Origin: Sedimentisphaerales bacterium
GTDB lineage: Bacteria; Planctomycetota; Phycisphaerae; Sedimentisphaerales; SM23-30
DNA length: 64,000 bases
Direction of reading: 5' to 3'
Assembly: GCA_963663965.2 (NCBI GenBank)
Contig: CAXXFK010000031.1
Location: 128,001-192,000 of the forward strand
The translations under genes were made by a program, and so were the position numbers. The notes under the pieces are model-generated. The model was not told the DNA's origin, did not search any database, and saw nothing but the letters and a program-made list of their open reading frames with translations. This document shows, one piece after another, positions 46,584-56,308 of this stretch (position 1 is the first letter of the stretch; every line of letters starts with the position of its first letter).

Positions 46584-46608
46584 GGAGGTTCGATTCCCCC
46601 CGCCTCCA
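46584..46608 (+). ncRNA. ssrA: Second tmRNA 3'-end fragment (attR-type junction)
   Basis: GGAGG-TTCGATT-CCCCC-CGCCTCC-A, a direct repeat of 23367-23391 with 2 differences. Confidence 0.75.
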
Positions 46609-46770
46609 ATTTTAAATTCTAAACGCCTTTATATTTCAATGCTTTATTCGTTTATAGGCCGGAGAACAGCAATCCCCGTCCGTAACCATTTCAGTCAGCC
46701 ACCTTTTATTACATTTAAACTGCATATGAATATGAATATGAATTTCCCATCGAAACCATATCCAAGTAAT

Positions 46771-46791
46771 GTGAACATTTGGGGTACATTT
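46771..46791 (+). repeat. Two 10-bp direct repeats at 11-bp period (possible arm site, type C)
   Basis: gtgaacattt at 46771 and gggtacattt at 46782, about 160 bp downstream of the second tmRNA fragment. Confidence 0.35.
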
Positions 46792-46951
46792 CAATAACTC
46801 AACATTCGTGGGTAACCGAACCGTCAGGATAGCTGACCGTTTGCAGACGATCATAATCGTCATAGTTCGGACGAACCTATGCCCTTCTATGTCAGCCCCT
46901 GAACTGATTTTTCTCTTGAACTGTTATCACCGCAAGTCATATAATCGCGGC

Positions 46952-48733
46952 ATGAATGTAAAAGCAAAATTTCTATCAGCGATTCTTTGTTCTTGGTTAC
47001 TGGCCACCATTCAGGCGTTCGCCGGAGAGCGGGTTGCGCTGTGGCCGGAAGGGAATATCCCGGATTTTCAGACCGGTCAGATCGCAGCGACCACCCAGGA
47101 AGTGAATACTTTAGGATTCGAGGCGGCGGACCATACGATGCCGTATCTCGACTGGTACGAGGCGCCGGCGGAAAAAAATGGCGGATGCATGCTGCTCATT
47201 TCAGGCGGCGGTTATCAGAGTTGCTGCGATGGGGTGTGGATTGACCGGGTCGCGAAGAAGTTCACCGAACTCGGGTTCGTTTGCGCGAGCCTCACCTACC
47301 GTACGCCGCGTCCGCAAGGGTTGCCGATCTACCAGAGCGCGTGGGAGGATGGGCAACGCGCTGTCCGTCTCGTCCGCAACGATGCGCAGAAACGAGGATT
47401 CGCCCCGGAGAAGATCGGCGCGTTCGGGTTCTCTGCGGGCTCGCACCTGACGGTCCTGCTCGCAACGAGCGCGCTCACACCGGCGTATGAGCCGGTCGAC
47501 GGACTCGACCAGCTTCCGTGCCACATAAACTGGGCTGTGCCGATTTACACCGCCTACGCGCTCACGGACGGACTCACCGGCCCCAACACGCGCGAGGGCG
47601 AAGCGATCGATGTCAAGCTCTCGGATGTGTTCAAGTTCGACGAAAAGACCTGTCCGATGGCGCTCTTCCATGGCGGGGCGGACATTTATTCGCCGAACGG
47701 CTCCACGCAGATCTACCGTCAGCTCCGCAGGATGAAAATCCCGGCCGAAATCCATCTCTTCGCGGATCGTCCCCACGGGTTCATGGGCAACCCAGAAAAG
47801 GGCGAGGACGGCACCGCCTATGACCACTGGCTTGACCGTATCGCCGAGTTCATCCGCCAGATGAATTTTGACGGGCGTCTCGGCGATGAAATCGATCTGA
47901 TGTCCCGCTATCCGAACAACGATGCACGTGGCGAATATCTCAAGGAGACAGTCTGGCCGGAAGGCAAAATGCCGGATGTGCAGACGAACCAGTGCGAGCC
48001 ATATCTCGAGTGGCACATGCCGAAGGAACTCAAGACGAAGGCCATCCAGATCATCTACTCGGGCGGCGGCTACATGGGCAACAATCCGGATGGATTCGAA
48101 GTCGCGCCGGCGCGGCGTTACCTGAACGAAAAGGGCATGACGGTTGTGACGATGAAATACCGCACGCCGCGTCCGCTGAATGGGCTGGCCAAGCATACGA
48201 CGGCGTGGCAGGATCTGCAACGCACCGTCCGAATCGTCCGCAGCCAGGCAGCGGCGAAGGGGCTCGACCCCGACCGCATCGGCATCATGGGCTCCTCAGC
48301 CGGCGGTCATCTGACACTCATGGGTGCGACCAGTTCGAAACGCCGTTCCTATTGGCCAATCGACGACCTTGACAAGCTTCCCTGCAATGTGCAGTGGGCG
48401 GTCGCGATCTATCCGGCGTACGCGCTCACAGACGGCGCACAATCCCCGAATGCGATGGGCGGCAACGAAGACGATGCGCGGCTCGTTCCTGAGTTCTCGT
48501 TCGACGGCGCGACCTGTCCGATCCTGTTCATCCACGGCGACAAGGATGGTTGGGCGGCGATGAATTCGGTGAAATGCTGGGAGCAGCTTCGCCGGATGGG
48601 CATCCAGTCCGATCTCCACACGCTCATCGAACGCGATCACTGCTTCCAGAGGAACGCCGCTCCGGGTACGGGCAGCTATACCTGGATGGGGCGCATTTGG
48701 GAATTCATGAACCACAAGGGTTTCAACAAGTAA
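46952..48733 (+). CDS. Secreted tandem alpha/beta-hydrolase (two carbohydrate-esterase-like, BD-FAE-type domains)
   Basis: Signal peptide from ATG 46952; two domains, each with SGGGY, YRTPRP, G(F/S)SAG, AYALTDG, HG..D and a catalytic His. Confidence 0.85.
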   Translation: MNVKAKFLSAILCSWLLATIQAFAGERVALWPEGNIPDFQTGQIAATTQEVNTLGFEAADHTMPYLDWYEAPAEKNGGCMLLISGGGYQSCCDGVWIDRVAKKFTELGFVCASLTYRTPRPQGLPIYQSAWEDGQRAVRLVRNDAQKRGFAPEKIGAFGFSAGSHLTVLLATSALTPAYEPVDGLDQLPCHINWAVPIYTAYALTDGLTGPNTREGEAIDVKLSDVFKFDEKTCPMALFHGGADIYSPNGSTQIYRQLRRMKIPAEIHLFADRPHGFMGNPEKGEDGTAYDHWLDRIAEFIRQMNFDGRLGDEIDLMSRYPNNDARGEYLKETVWPEGKMPDVQTNQCEPYLEWHMPKELKTKAIQIIYSGGGYMGNNPDGFEVAPARRYLNEKGMTVVTMKYRTPRPLNGLAKHTTAWQDLQRTVRIVRSQAAAKGLDPDRIGIMGSSAGGHLTLMGATSSKRRSYWPIDDLDKLPCNVQWAVAIYPAYALTDGAQSPNAMGGNEDDARLVPEFSFDGATCPILFIHGDKDGWAAMNSVKCWEQLRRMGIQSDLHTLIERDHCFQRNAAPGTGSYTWMGRIWEFMNHKGFNK

Positions 48734-48994
48734 AAAAGCAAACAAGGCAGTATCAGGATCTTGGGGACAGGCAAACAATTGCAGCCCAGTACAACGGCAA
48801 AGGTAATCTCGAACCAGGTACTATGGAGGAATGTGAACGCGTGTCAGCCAGGCTGCGCGATATCAGTCCCTTCACGGGTGAACTCCAGCACTTGCCCCGT
48901 ACGCACGACACATTCTTCCCGTAAGGGCACACAAATTATGGTTATTGAACTTCCCTTGCTTAAGGAAAATTGGGATGGGTTAAGGATATAATGG

Positions 48995-49200
48995 TTAGAA
49001 TCCTTGTCGAAATTCAGTATAAAAGTTTGCTGATTTGACAAGAATCTTTATCATTTTCTTGATGCTTTCCGACAGGTGCGGCCAGCGTAGAATGATTTCC
49101 TGTAAATTGGCCGGTAAATATTTGGGCACACATAGGACACACTTTTTGTGTTTATATTCTGTATCAGAACTGTATACCTCTGTTGTTTGATCATCAATTC
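48995..49200 (-). other. Small att-linked ORF, copy 2, with a type-B-like arm site (49126-49144); 5' end replaced by a transposase fragment
   Basis: HKKCVLCVPKYLPANLQEIILRWPHLSESIKKMIKILVKSA; DNA gcacacataggacacactt. Confidence 0.5.
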
Positions 49201-49225
49201 CGGTATCTATTACATGTTTCCCATC

Positions 49226-49385
49226 TGGATTTCGGGCCGGCAACTTCAGGGTCTGGACTCCTGAGCCCTTTAAGATCTCCGCAAATCCCTCAGTGGTATG
49301 CAAGGGATCGCGATCGTAGATCAGATAACGTTTGCCATTCAGGAAGCCTTGATCACTATCGGTTAAAATCCGGGAGACCCGGCGT
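49226..49385 (-). mobile_element. rve integrase-core (DDE transposase) fragment
   Basis: RILTDSDQGFLNGKRYLIYDRDPLHTTEGFAEILKGSGVQTLKLPARNP. Confidence 0.65.
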
Positions 49386-49559
49386 ATATCCGAGCCATCT
49401 GGCTGAGGCTTGATGGGAGCAAAACAGAACATCCCTTATTTGATTGACTGGGATGAGACAAACCGTATTCCGCCAGTATTTCCATAAAACCATCCATACC
49501 GACAGCCCCATTCAAATTGTAATCGCCGTAAATACCAAACACCGGATTATACTTGTTAC

Positions 49560-49740
49560 AGTGTAACCGTTCGGCAAACTTGTTTTTGTTGTCGATGCTG
49601 ACATGATTCAGTTATCAAAATAAGTCCGACTGATCTTCTTCGTCCAGTTGGCATCGACAATCTGGCATTTCTGGGCCGTAAAACCGTGGGAACGCAGAAA
49701 TGCGTCAAAGCGTTCAAACGATTGTCTGCCAATCGAAAAG
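49560..49740 (-). mobile_element. Degraded IS5-family transposase remnant
   Basis: My minus-strand translation gives FERFDAFLRSHGFTAQKCQIVDA joined to WTKKISRTYF and, after a frameshift, NHVSIDNKNK; these are the IS5 GQIVDA and WTKK...YFGYKNH motifs with the intervening part deleted. Confidence 0.6.
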
Positions 49741-49842
49741 TCCTGCTGGCATAACCGTGCTTCTTTCACAGGAGGGTGTTTTTCAGGTCCAAGTCTCCAA
49801 CGAAACCATTATCATGGCTGCATAGCCGCGATGCACAAAAAA

Positions 49843-50991
49843 TTACCTGTTTTTAGAGATTCCCTGAATATTTTGAGTACGACATCCCCTGGCATCATTA
49901 TTGGTGCTTTGTGGCGACAGTTCCAAAGTAAATTGCATATCAGCATCTGTTTTCCAGGCGGCTGATTTATCCTCCGATGTTCGCATTAAATAAGGGGATA
50001 GAGTTTTAATCTGTACTGTTTTCCCATCCGGCATGAATTGAAGCAAACGAATCCATCCATTTCCACCCTTGGGGGCCCATTGAGCATTAAATAACATCTG
50101 ATGCACAACTCGACCATTATGATAGGTATCCCGACGATACGAAACCGCCAGATCATCCCTGATCTCCTCAACATCTTCTCTTGAAGGCCCGGTTTTTTTA
50201 AACGCTTTATAATGACCGTTCAAGACCATTTCAAAATTAGAATGTCTGCTTACAAACGCGTCCCAAAGTTCCTGGCCGCAATGAACCGATCCGATTTTGC
50301 TGATATCGTAACTGTATGGACTGTTTTTTGAGTCAGGTTTTGTATGACAAGCCATGCTGTCATCGCTGAAAAGAGCGGATTCCTGATCGATAAACTCATG
50401 GGTTACTAAAATAAAAGATTGATCAGGATGCTCATCAGCCACTGCATTTGCCCACTCAACAACTTCGTTTCGCGGGCCGAATTCAAGGGAGAATATCACA
50501 TAATCTCGATTATCATACTGAAAATGATACCAGGCATTTTCCAAATGACCTTCTTCGAAATACCCACCGAATATTTTTTCATTTAAGGGGTTATCTGATA
50601 ACTTGAAGTACTGATTCAGCAGGGTGGATCGGTCGCTGGAATTTTTTCCCAGGTCATGGTTGCCAACTGCAAGTATATATGGAAGTTTACCATCAAATAC
50701 TTTCAAGCTTTCCTTGGCATTTTCCCATTGTTTAGTCTTATTTTGGTCAACAATGTCACCCACATGCAGGATTAATTGCAGATTATATTCATCCTTGTGC
50801 TGAACCAGCCATTGGGTTATTTCCGTAAAGATTGGAGCATTTTCATCGCTTCGAACATAATACTGAGTATCGGGAATCACCGCGAGTGTCCATGCCGGAT
50901 GCGTAACTGCCTGATCTTGCGCAAACGTCAGACCCGCGCAAAGCATCATGCTCCCATATATATATATCGTAATAATTGTCCGTTTAATCAT
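49843..50991 (-). CDS. Secreted calcineurin-like metallophosphoesterase
   Basis: IPDTQ, HVGDIVD, GNHD, VTH, NGH motifs; signal peptide. Confidence 0.9.
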   Translation of the reverse strand: MIKRTIITIYIYGSMMLCAGLTFAQDQAVTHPAWTLAVIPDTQYYVRSDENAPIFTEITQWLVQHKDEYNLQLILHVGDIVDQNKTKQWENAKESLKVFDGKLPYILAVGNHDLGKNSSDRSTLLNQYFKLSDNPLNEKIFGGYFEEGHLENAWYHFQYDNRDYVIFSLEFGPRNEVVEWANAVADEHPDQSFILVTHEFIDQESALFSDDSMACHTKPDSKNSPYSYDISKIGSVHCGQELWDAFVSRHSNFEMVLNGHYKAFKKTGPSREDVEEIRDDLAVSYRRDTYHNGRVVHQMLFNAQWAPKGGNGWIRLLQFMPDGKTVQIKTLSPYLMRTSEDKSAAWKTDADMQFTLELSPQSTNNDARGCRTQNIQGISKNR

Positions 50992-51737
50992 ATTGTTCCT
51001 CTGTTTTTATGCAGTATAAATAATTCATCCTCAACCTAATTTCTTCTCCATTAAAACATAGAATCATATCTTTATTAACCTATACTTGTCAAGACCACAA
51101 AACGTATATTTCCTCAAACCGACTTGGAAGCGCCAGCTATCAACCGGATGATTAGAGGTTTGAGTTGCGTATCTAGAATGACCGTTGTCTATGCGTGCCT
51201 GATTAAGCAGCACGTCCGACCAGTAATGCCTTCTACTCTATCCGGAAAACACTATCATAATGCCCCACCCGTACGCCTTACGCAGCGAGATCCAAACAAC
51301 CGATGATACCCGTTGTATAAAAGCCCAAAGATAACGGAACAGATGCTTGAATCTTAGCATCTATAACCATAAAATGATGTATCTTCCTTATATTAAGATC
51401 CTTACACATTTCGTCTATAGGTTTCAATTCTAACTTTTGCACATAAATCAGTATATTTTTGCTGCTAAAAATTGCTTAAATTGGGTTCTGGAACTGAAAG
51501 TATATGAGAATACATTTTTCCTTTTTTCCTCCTCAGGGATCCCTGAAATCCAGCAGTTTGCACTTGTTCGTAATTCTGTGCGGCCCAATTTGTCTTTCTT
51601 CAACATAGTCGATTTTAATCCCTTCTTGACACTTGGATACAACATAATTATAAAAGGTTAGATATTTCTAGACTGCATGGGCCTCAGTCGATATCTCATT
51701 TTGAAACTTGTGAATTTACCATTAAAAGGGCAGATTG

Positions 51738-53240
51738 ATGATTAATAAGACATTAACTCATAGACTGTATTGGTCAACGTATTTATTCATATTTTTATTT
51801 GTCTATGTTTCCACCGCTTATGGTCAGGAACAGATATATGTTCCTGATCCGGATCCTTTAGTGCAGCAGCGGTTGGAGGACTGGCAGGATCTGAAATTTG
51901 GCCTGCTGATGCACTGGGGCGCTTACAGTCAGTGGGGAATTGTAGAATCCTGGTCGCTGTGCCCAGAAGACTACGGCTGGTGCGCCCGCCAGGCCGGCCG
52001 CCATCCAGATCATTATTTCGAGTACAAGAAAGAATATGAAAGCCTTATCCACACCTTCAATCCTGTCAAATTCAACCCATCTAAGTGGGCTGAAGCCGCG
52101 AAAAAAGCCGGTATGAAATATGTCGTGTTCACAACGAAACACCATGATGGATTCTGCATGTTCGATTCACAATACACCGACTACAAGATCACCTCGACGG
52201 ATTGCCCGTTTCATACCAATCCGAAAGCTAATGTGGCCAGGGAAATATTCGATGCCTTTCGAAGCAAAGGCCTCTGGACAGGCGCGTATTTTTCCAAACC
52301 AGACTGGCATAGCCCATATTATTGGGATCCCTATTTTCCACCGCTCGACCGTAATGTTAATTATGACCCGGCCCAGTATCCGGATAAGTGGGCTAAATTT
52401 GTTGAGTTTACCCACAACCAGATTCTGGAGCTGATGACGGAGTACGGCCAAATGGATATTCTCTGGCTGGATGGCGGCTGGGTCGCCAAAAAAGCCAAAG
52501 AGGATATCGAACATTGGATGGGTGAAAAGGTCGCCGCGTCACAATCAGGATTTCTGAAAAATACTATTATCAACCAGGATATACAAATGGATGAGTTAGT
52601 GGAAAAGGTCCGTCAAAAGCAGCCGGGCATTATTGTGGTGGACCGCGCGGTTGAAGGCAAAAACCAGAATTACCTGACACCGGAAAACCGTGTGCCTGAA
52701 AAGGAACTGCCATTCCCGTGGGAGTCATGCATCATTGCCGGCGGCGGCTGGTCGTGGGTACACGATGCCAAATATAAAACCTCGAACGAACTGATCCGGA
52801 CGCTGGTGGATATTGTATGTAAAGGTGGCAATCTGCTATTGAATATCGCTCCCGGTCCCGACGGCACATGGGATGAGGCCGCGTATGAGCGGCTCGACGA
52901 TATCGGTACCTGGATCAAGATCAATGGTGAAGCAATTTACGGAACCCGGGCCATTGCGCCCTATAAGGAAGGAAATGTTTGCTATACCCGCAAGAGGAAA
53001 ACCGGCCAGGCGTATGCGATTTATCTGCCGGATGACGGCCAGTCATCAATGCCGCCCCAAATCATTTTGAAATCGCTGACTCCCGCCGCCGGTAGCACAG
53101 TGACTTTGTTGGGTACCAGTCAGACGCTTCAATGGACCCAATCGCCTGTGGGAACAGTCATCCAAATCCCCACAAACCTGCAAAAGAATCCTCCCTGCGA
53201 ATACGCATGGGTCATAATGATAGATAAAATCCAAAGATAA
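51738..53240 (+). CDS. Alpha-L-fucosidase, GH29
   Basis: KFGLLMHWG, TTKHHDGF, YFSKPDW, ILWLDGG, GGNLLLN. Confidence 0.93.
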   Translation: MINKTLTHRLYWSTYLFIFLFVYVSTAYGQEQIYVPDPDPLVQQRLEDWQDLKFGLLMHWGAYSQWGIVESWSLCPEDYGWCARQAGRHPDHYFEYKKEYESLIHTFNPVKFNPSKWAEAAKKAGMKYVVFTTKHHDGFCMFDSQYTDYKITSTDCPFHTNPKANVAREIFDAFRSKGLWTGAYFSKPDWHSPYYWDPYFPPLDRNVNYDPAQYPDKWAKFVEFTHNQILELMTEYGQMDILWLDGGWVAKKAKEDIEHWMGEKVAASQSGFLKNTIINQDIQMDELVEKVRQKQPGIIVVDRAVEGKNQNYLTPENRVPEKELPFPWESCIIAGGGWSWVHDAKYKTSNELIRTLVDIVCKGGNLLLNIAPGPDGTWDEAAYERLDDIGTWIKINGEAIYGTRAIAPYKEGNVCYTRKRKTGQAYAIYLPDDGQSSMPPQIILKSLTPAAGSTVTLLGTSQTLQWTQSPVGTVIQIPTNLQKNPPCEYAWVIMIDKIQR

Positions 53241-53288
53241 CAATCCGTTCTGCAAGAACGCTTCTTTTTAGAGGTTCACTCTATATTT

Positions 53289-53552
53289 ATGCCTGAAAAA
53301 CTAATCGCAACCGGTGTTGTACATAGTGTCCCAGCTGACCTGGAGAAAGCCCTGATAGCTGACAGTGAGGCGCTATCGCTATGGGAAAACATTACCCCAC
53401 TCGCGCGTAATGAGTGGATCTGCTGGATTGAAGACGCCAGAAAACCGGAAACGAGGCTCAATCGGATAAATAGAGTCCAAATAGATCTCAAAGAAGGAAA
53501 GCGCCGTCCTTGTTGCTGGCCAGGTTGTCCTCACCGAAAAAAACAAAAGTAG
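53289..53552 (+). CDS. YdeI/OmpD-associated family protein
   Basis: VPADL...ITPLARNEWICWI..A.K.ETR...RRPCCWPGC. Confidence 0.85.
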   Translation: MPEKLIATGVVHSVPADLEKALIADSEALSLWENITPLARNEWICWIEDARKPETRLNRINRVQIDLKEGKRRPCCWPGCPHRKKQK

Positions 53553-53702
53553 GCATTCTTTCTAATCTGAATCGCAATAAAAAAAGCTTATTATATGTTG
53601 TAAAGCATATGAACGATTCAGGCAAGATGTTCTATTGCTGGTTTATCCTTAGAATTTGAATAGTTTCCCATTTTAAATCCTTAACCTATAGAGTACACCA
53701 AA

Positions 53703-54998
53703 ATGAAAAAAACAGTATTAACCATCGTTCTCATCCTGAGTTCAGTAGGATGCGCGTTTGAATATCAGAGCCCAGACCTGAATCCCATTCTGGAGAATTT
53801 TAAAGCGATCAGAGCCCCTGAACCTACTGGACTAATGCTCAAGAAAGGTGATCGACTGGCTATCTGTGGCGATTCAATCACCGAACAGAAAATGTACTCT
53901 CTGATAATCGAAACTTATTTAACGGTTTGTGAACCGGAACTTGATATCAAAGTACGCCAGTACGGATGGGGCGGAGAAACGGCTCGTGGCTTTCTCGGTC
54001 GCATGAAAAATGACTGCCTCCGATTTAATCCATCGATCGCAATGACTTGCTATGGCATGAACGATCACCGTTACCTCCCCTATCAAGATGAATTTGGAAA
54101 GGAATATCGTGACAATACGACTGCCATCGTCAAACTATTCAAAGAGAATGGCACCCGGGTCATTTTAGGATCGCCCGGTTGTGTCGGCAAAAAACCCTGG
54201 TGGCAGAGCAATCCGGATATAACCACCAAAGATCTGAACCTAAGCCTGTTAAAATTTCGTAATATCGATATTGAAATCGCCGCAGAACAGAATGTTGCCT
54301 TTGCCGATGTCTACCTGCCCATGCTGCTGGCAACCTATCAGGCGCAAACGCTGTATGGCTCAGATTTCAAAGTTGCCGGTGATGATGGCGTTCACCCCGA
54401 CTGGGCGGGCCACATGGTTATGGCATACGCATTTCTGAAAGCCATGGGTTTGGACGGCCAGATTGGTACCCTTACCGTCGACCTCAAAGGCAACAAAGCG
54501 GCTACGACCAAGGGCCATGAGGTCACTAACTTTGCGGATAACACCATATCGATCAAAAGCTATCGCTATCCCTATTGCGATACTGGCGAGCCCGATAAAC
54601 AAAACAGCATCCGGGCCGGCATGAACCTTATCCCTTTTAACCAAAACTTAAACCGTTTCATACTGGTAGTTATAAATACCCAGGCCAGTAATTATAAGGT
54701 CACCTGGGGTAACTGGGAAAAAACCTATCCGGCTGAACAATTGAATAAAGGTATCAATCTGGCCGCGGACTTCAAATCCAATCCTTTTGTTGAACCGTTC
54801 AACAAAGTAAACGAAGCGGTCAAGAAAAAACAGGAATATGAAACCAAACAGATCAAATCGTTATTTCACGGCCCCGAGGGAGGCTCTGATATGGAAACCG
54901 TGGTCAATATTACCGAGAAAGCCCGTGGTGTTTTAGCAGACGAGTTGGCCCGTTCGTTTAAACCGGTTGAGCATACCATCCGCATTACTGCTGAGTAA
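53703..54998 (+). CDS. Secreted SGNH/GDSL hydrolase (probable carbohydrate acetylesterase)
   Basis: GDSIT, GWGGE, YGMND, DGVHP. Confidence 0.9.
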   Translation: MKKTVLTIVLILSSVGCAFEYQSPDLNPILENFKAIRAPEPTGLMLKKGDRLAICGDSITEQKMYSLIIETYLTVCEPELDIKVRQYGWGGETARGFLGRMKNDCLRFNPSIAMTCYGMNDHRYLPYQDEFGKEYRDNTTAIVKLFKENGTRVILGSPGCVGKKPWWQSNPDITTKDLNLSLLKFRNIDIEIAAEQNVAFADVYLPMLLATYQAQTLYGSDFKVAGDDGVHPDWAGHMVMAYAFLKAMGLDGQIGTLTVDLKGNKAATTKGHEVTNFADNTISIKSYRYPYCDTGEPDKQNSIRAGMNLIPFNQNLNRFILVVINTQASNYKVTWGNWEKTYPAEQLNKGINLAADFKSNPFVEPFNKVNEAVKKKQEYETKQIKSLFHGPEGGSDMETVVNITEKARGVLADELARSFKPVEHTIRITAE

Positions 54999-55013
54999 GT
55001 CCAGAGAGACGCA

Positions 55014-56042
55014 ATGATATCAATCAACAAAACATTCATAGTTACATCTTTGTTCTTATTATCATTGATCGAATTACCCTCTATTCTCTTTGCCCAGACC
55101 CGCTATGGTGGAACCAATCTTGCCGGCGCCGAATTTGGCGGTGGGCAACTGCCTGGAATTCCTAATAAAAACTATACGTATCCAACCAAAGCGGAAGTGG
55201 ACTATTTTACCGGTAAAGGCATGAATATCTTTCGCCTGCCCTTCTTATGGGAACGGCTTCAACCGGAACCCAACGCCGCCCTGGATCAGGCTGAGTTGGG
55301 ACGGATCAAAACCTTCGTAACCTATGCCACCTCCAGAAAGGCCGTTGTCATCCTTGACCCACATAATTACGCCCGTTATCGCGGTAATGTCATTGGTGAA
55401 GCAAAGTTGCCGGTATCTGCATTTGAGAATTTCTGGCAGCGGCTTGCTCTGGAGTTCAAAGATGATCCCAATACCATCTTTGGCTTGATGAATGAACCTC
55501 ATGGTATGAAAACCGAACTCTGGCTATCAGACGCCAATACCGCCATCCGGGCCATCCGTTCTACCTGTGCCTCCAACCTGATCCTGGTACCCGGCAACGC
55601 CTACTCCGGCGCCCATTCCTGGACCTCCAACTGGTACGGTTCATCCAACGGTGTCGTCATGCTGAATATTGTCGATCCCATGAACAACTATGCCTATGAA
55701 GTGCATCAGTATTTTGACAGTAATTCTTCCGGATCTTCCGATCAATGTGTCAGTACCACCATCGGTTCGGAGCGCTTGAAGTCCTTCACTGCCTGGCTCC
55801 GGTTACACAAAAAACGTGGTTTCCTGGGCGAATTCGGCGCCGCCAATAACGAAACTTCTCTGGCAGCTCTGGAGGACATGCTCACCCACCTGGATAACAA
55901 TACCGATGTCTGGCTCGGTTGGACCTACTGGGCCGCCGGACCCTGGTGGGGCAATTACATGTTCTCCATCGAACCAAGAAATGGTATCGATAAACCTCAA
56001 CTGACTATTCTGACCAAACATTTAAACCGTGTTGCCAATTAA
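55014..56042 (+). CDS. GH5 endoglucanase (GH5_5-like)
   Basis: GTNLAGAEFG, RLPFLWERLQP, DPHNY, MNEP, EVHQY, LGEFG, WAAGPWW. Confidence 0.92.
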   Translation: MISINKTFIVTSLFLLSLIELPSILFAQTRYGGTNLAGAEFGGGQLPGIPNKNYTYPTKAEVDYFTGKGMNIFRLPFLWERLQPEPNAALDQAELGRIKTFVTYATSRKAVVILDPHNYARYRGNVIGEAKLPVSAFENFWQRLALEFKDDPNTIFGLMNEPHGMKTELWLSDANTAIRAIRSTCASNLILVPGNAYSGAHSWTSNWYGSSNGVVMLNIVDPMNNYAYEVHQYFDSNSSGSSDQCVSTTIGSERLKSFTAWLRLHKKRGFLGEFGAANNETSLAALEDMLTHLDNNTDVWLGWTYWAAGPWWGNYMFSIEPRNGIDKPQLTILTKHLNRVAN

Positions 56043-56308
56043 TACTGCCCACGCAACCTCAAGATAAGTATCTTACAAGCAGTAAGTTAGCTTCATATTC
56101 ACTATTAATAAACATAGACAACTTCCCAAAACGATCATAATATCAATCTTACAGGCCGGCCATTTCCCTCACAAGGTCCGGGTACCATTAAAACTACTTG
56201 ACAAGACTGCGAAATAGCAGCTAGATTAACTGAAAGACCAGTTTTACTACGGAAATAAACCTGGTTTCGAATTGACAATGGTTTTACAACACGAAGAAAG
56301 GCATTACC

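Larger units (their letters stand above)
23364..46608. mobile_element. Genomic island (about 23.2 kb) bounded by two tmRNA 3'-end repeats; no integrase; sugar-catabolism cargo
   Basis: Direct repeats of the tmRNA 3' end at both ends. An identical 18-mer, cacacatttagcacactt, lies just inside each end (23467-23484 and 46407-46424). Confidence 0.75.

Noticed and set aside
46724..46742. (ATATGA)3 tandem repeat
   Set aside because: Too short and AT-rich to carry weight.
48995..49432. 145-aa ORF as an intact gene
   Set aside because: Mosaic of an rve fragment and the small att-linked ORF.
51040..51700. Possible ncRNA or gene remnant in the long intergenic region
   Set aside because: No recognisable motif, convincing structure or credible ORF found by eye.
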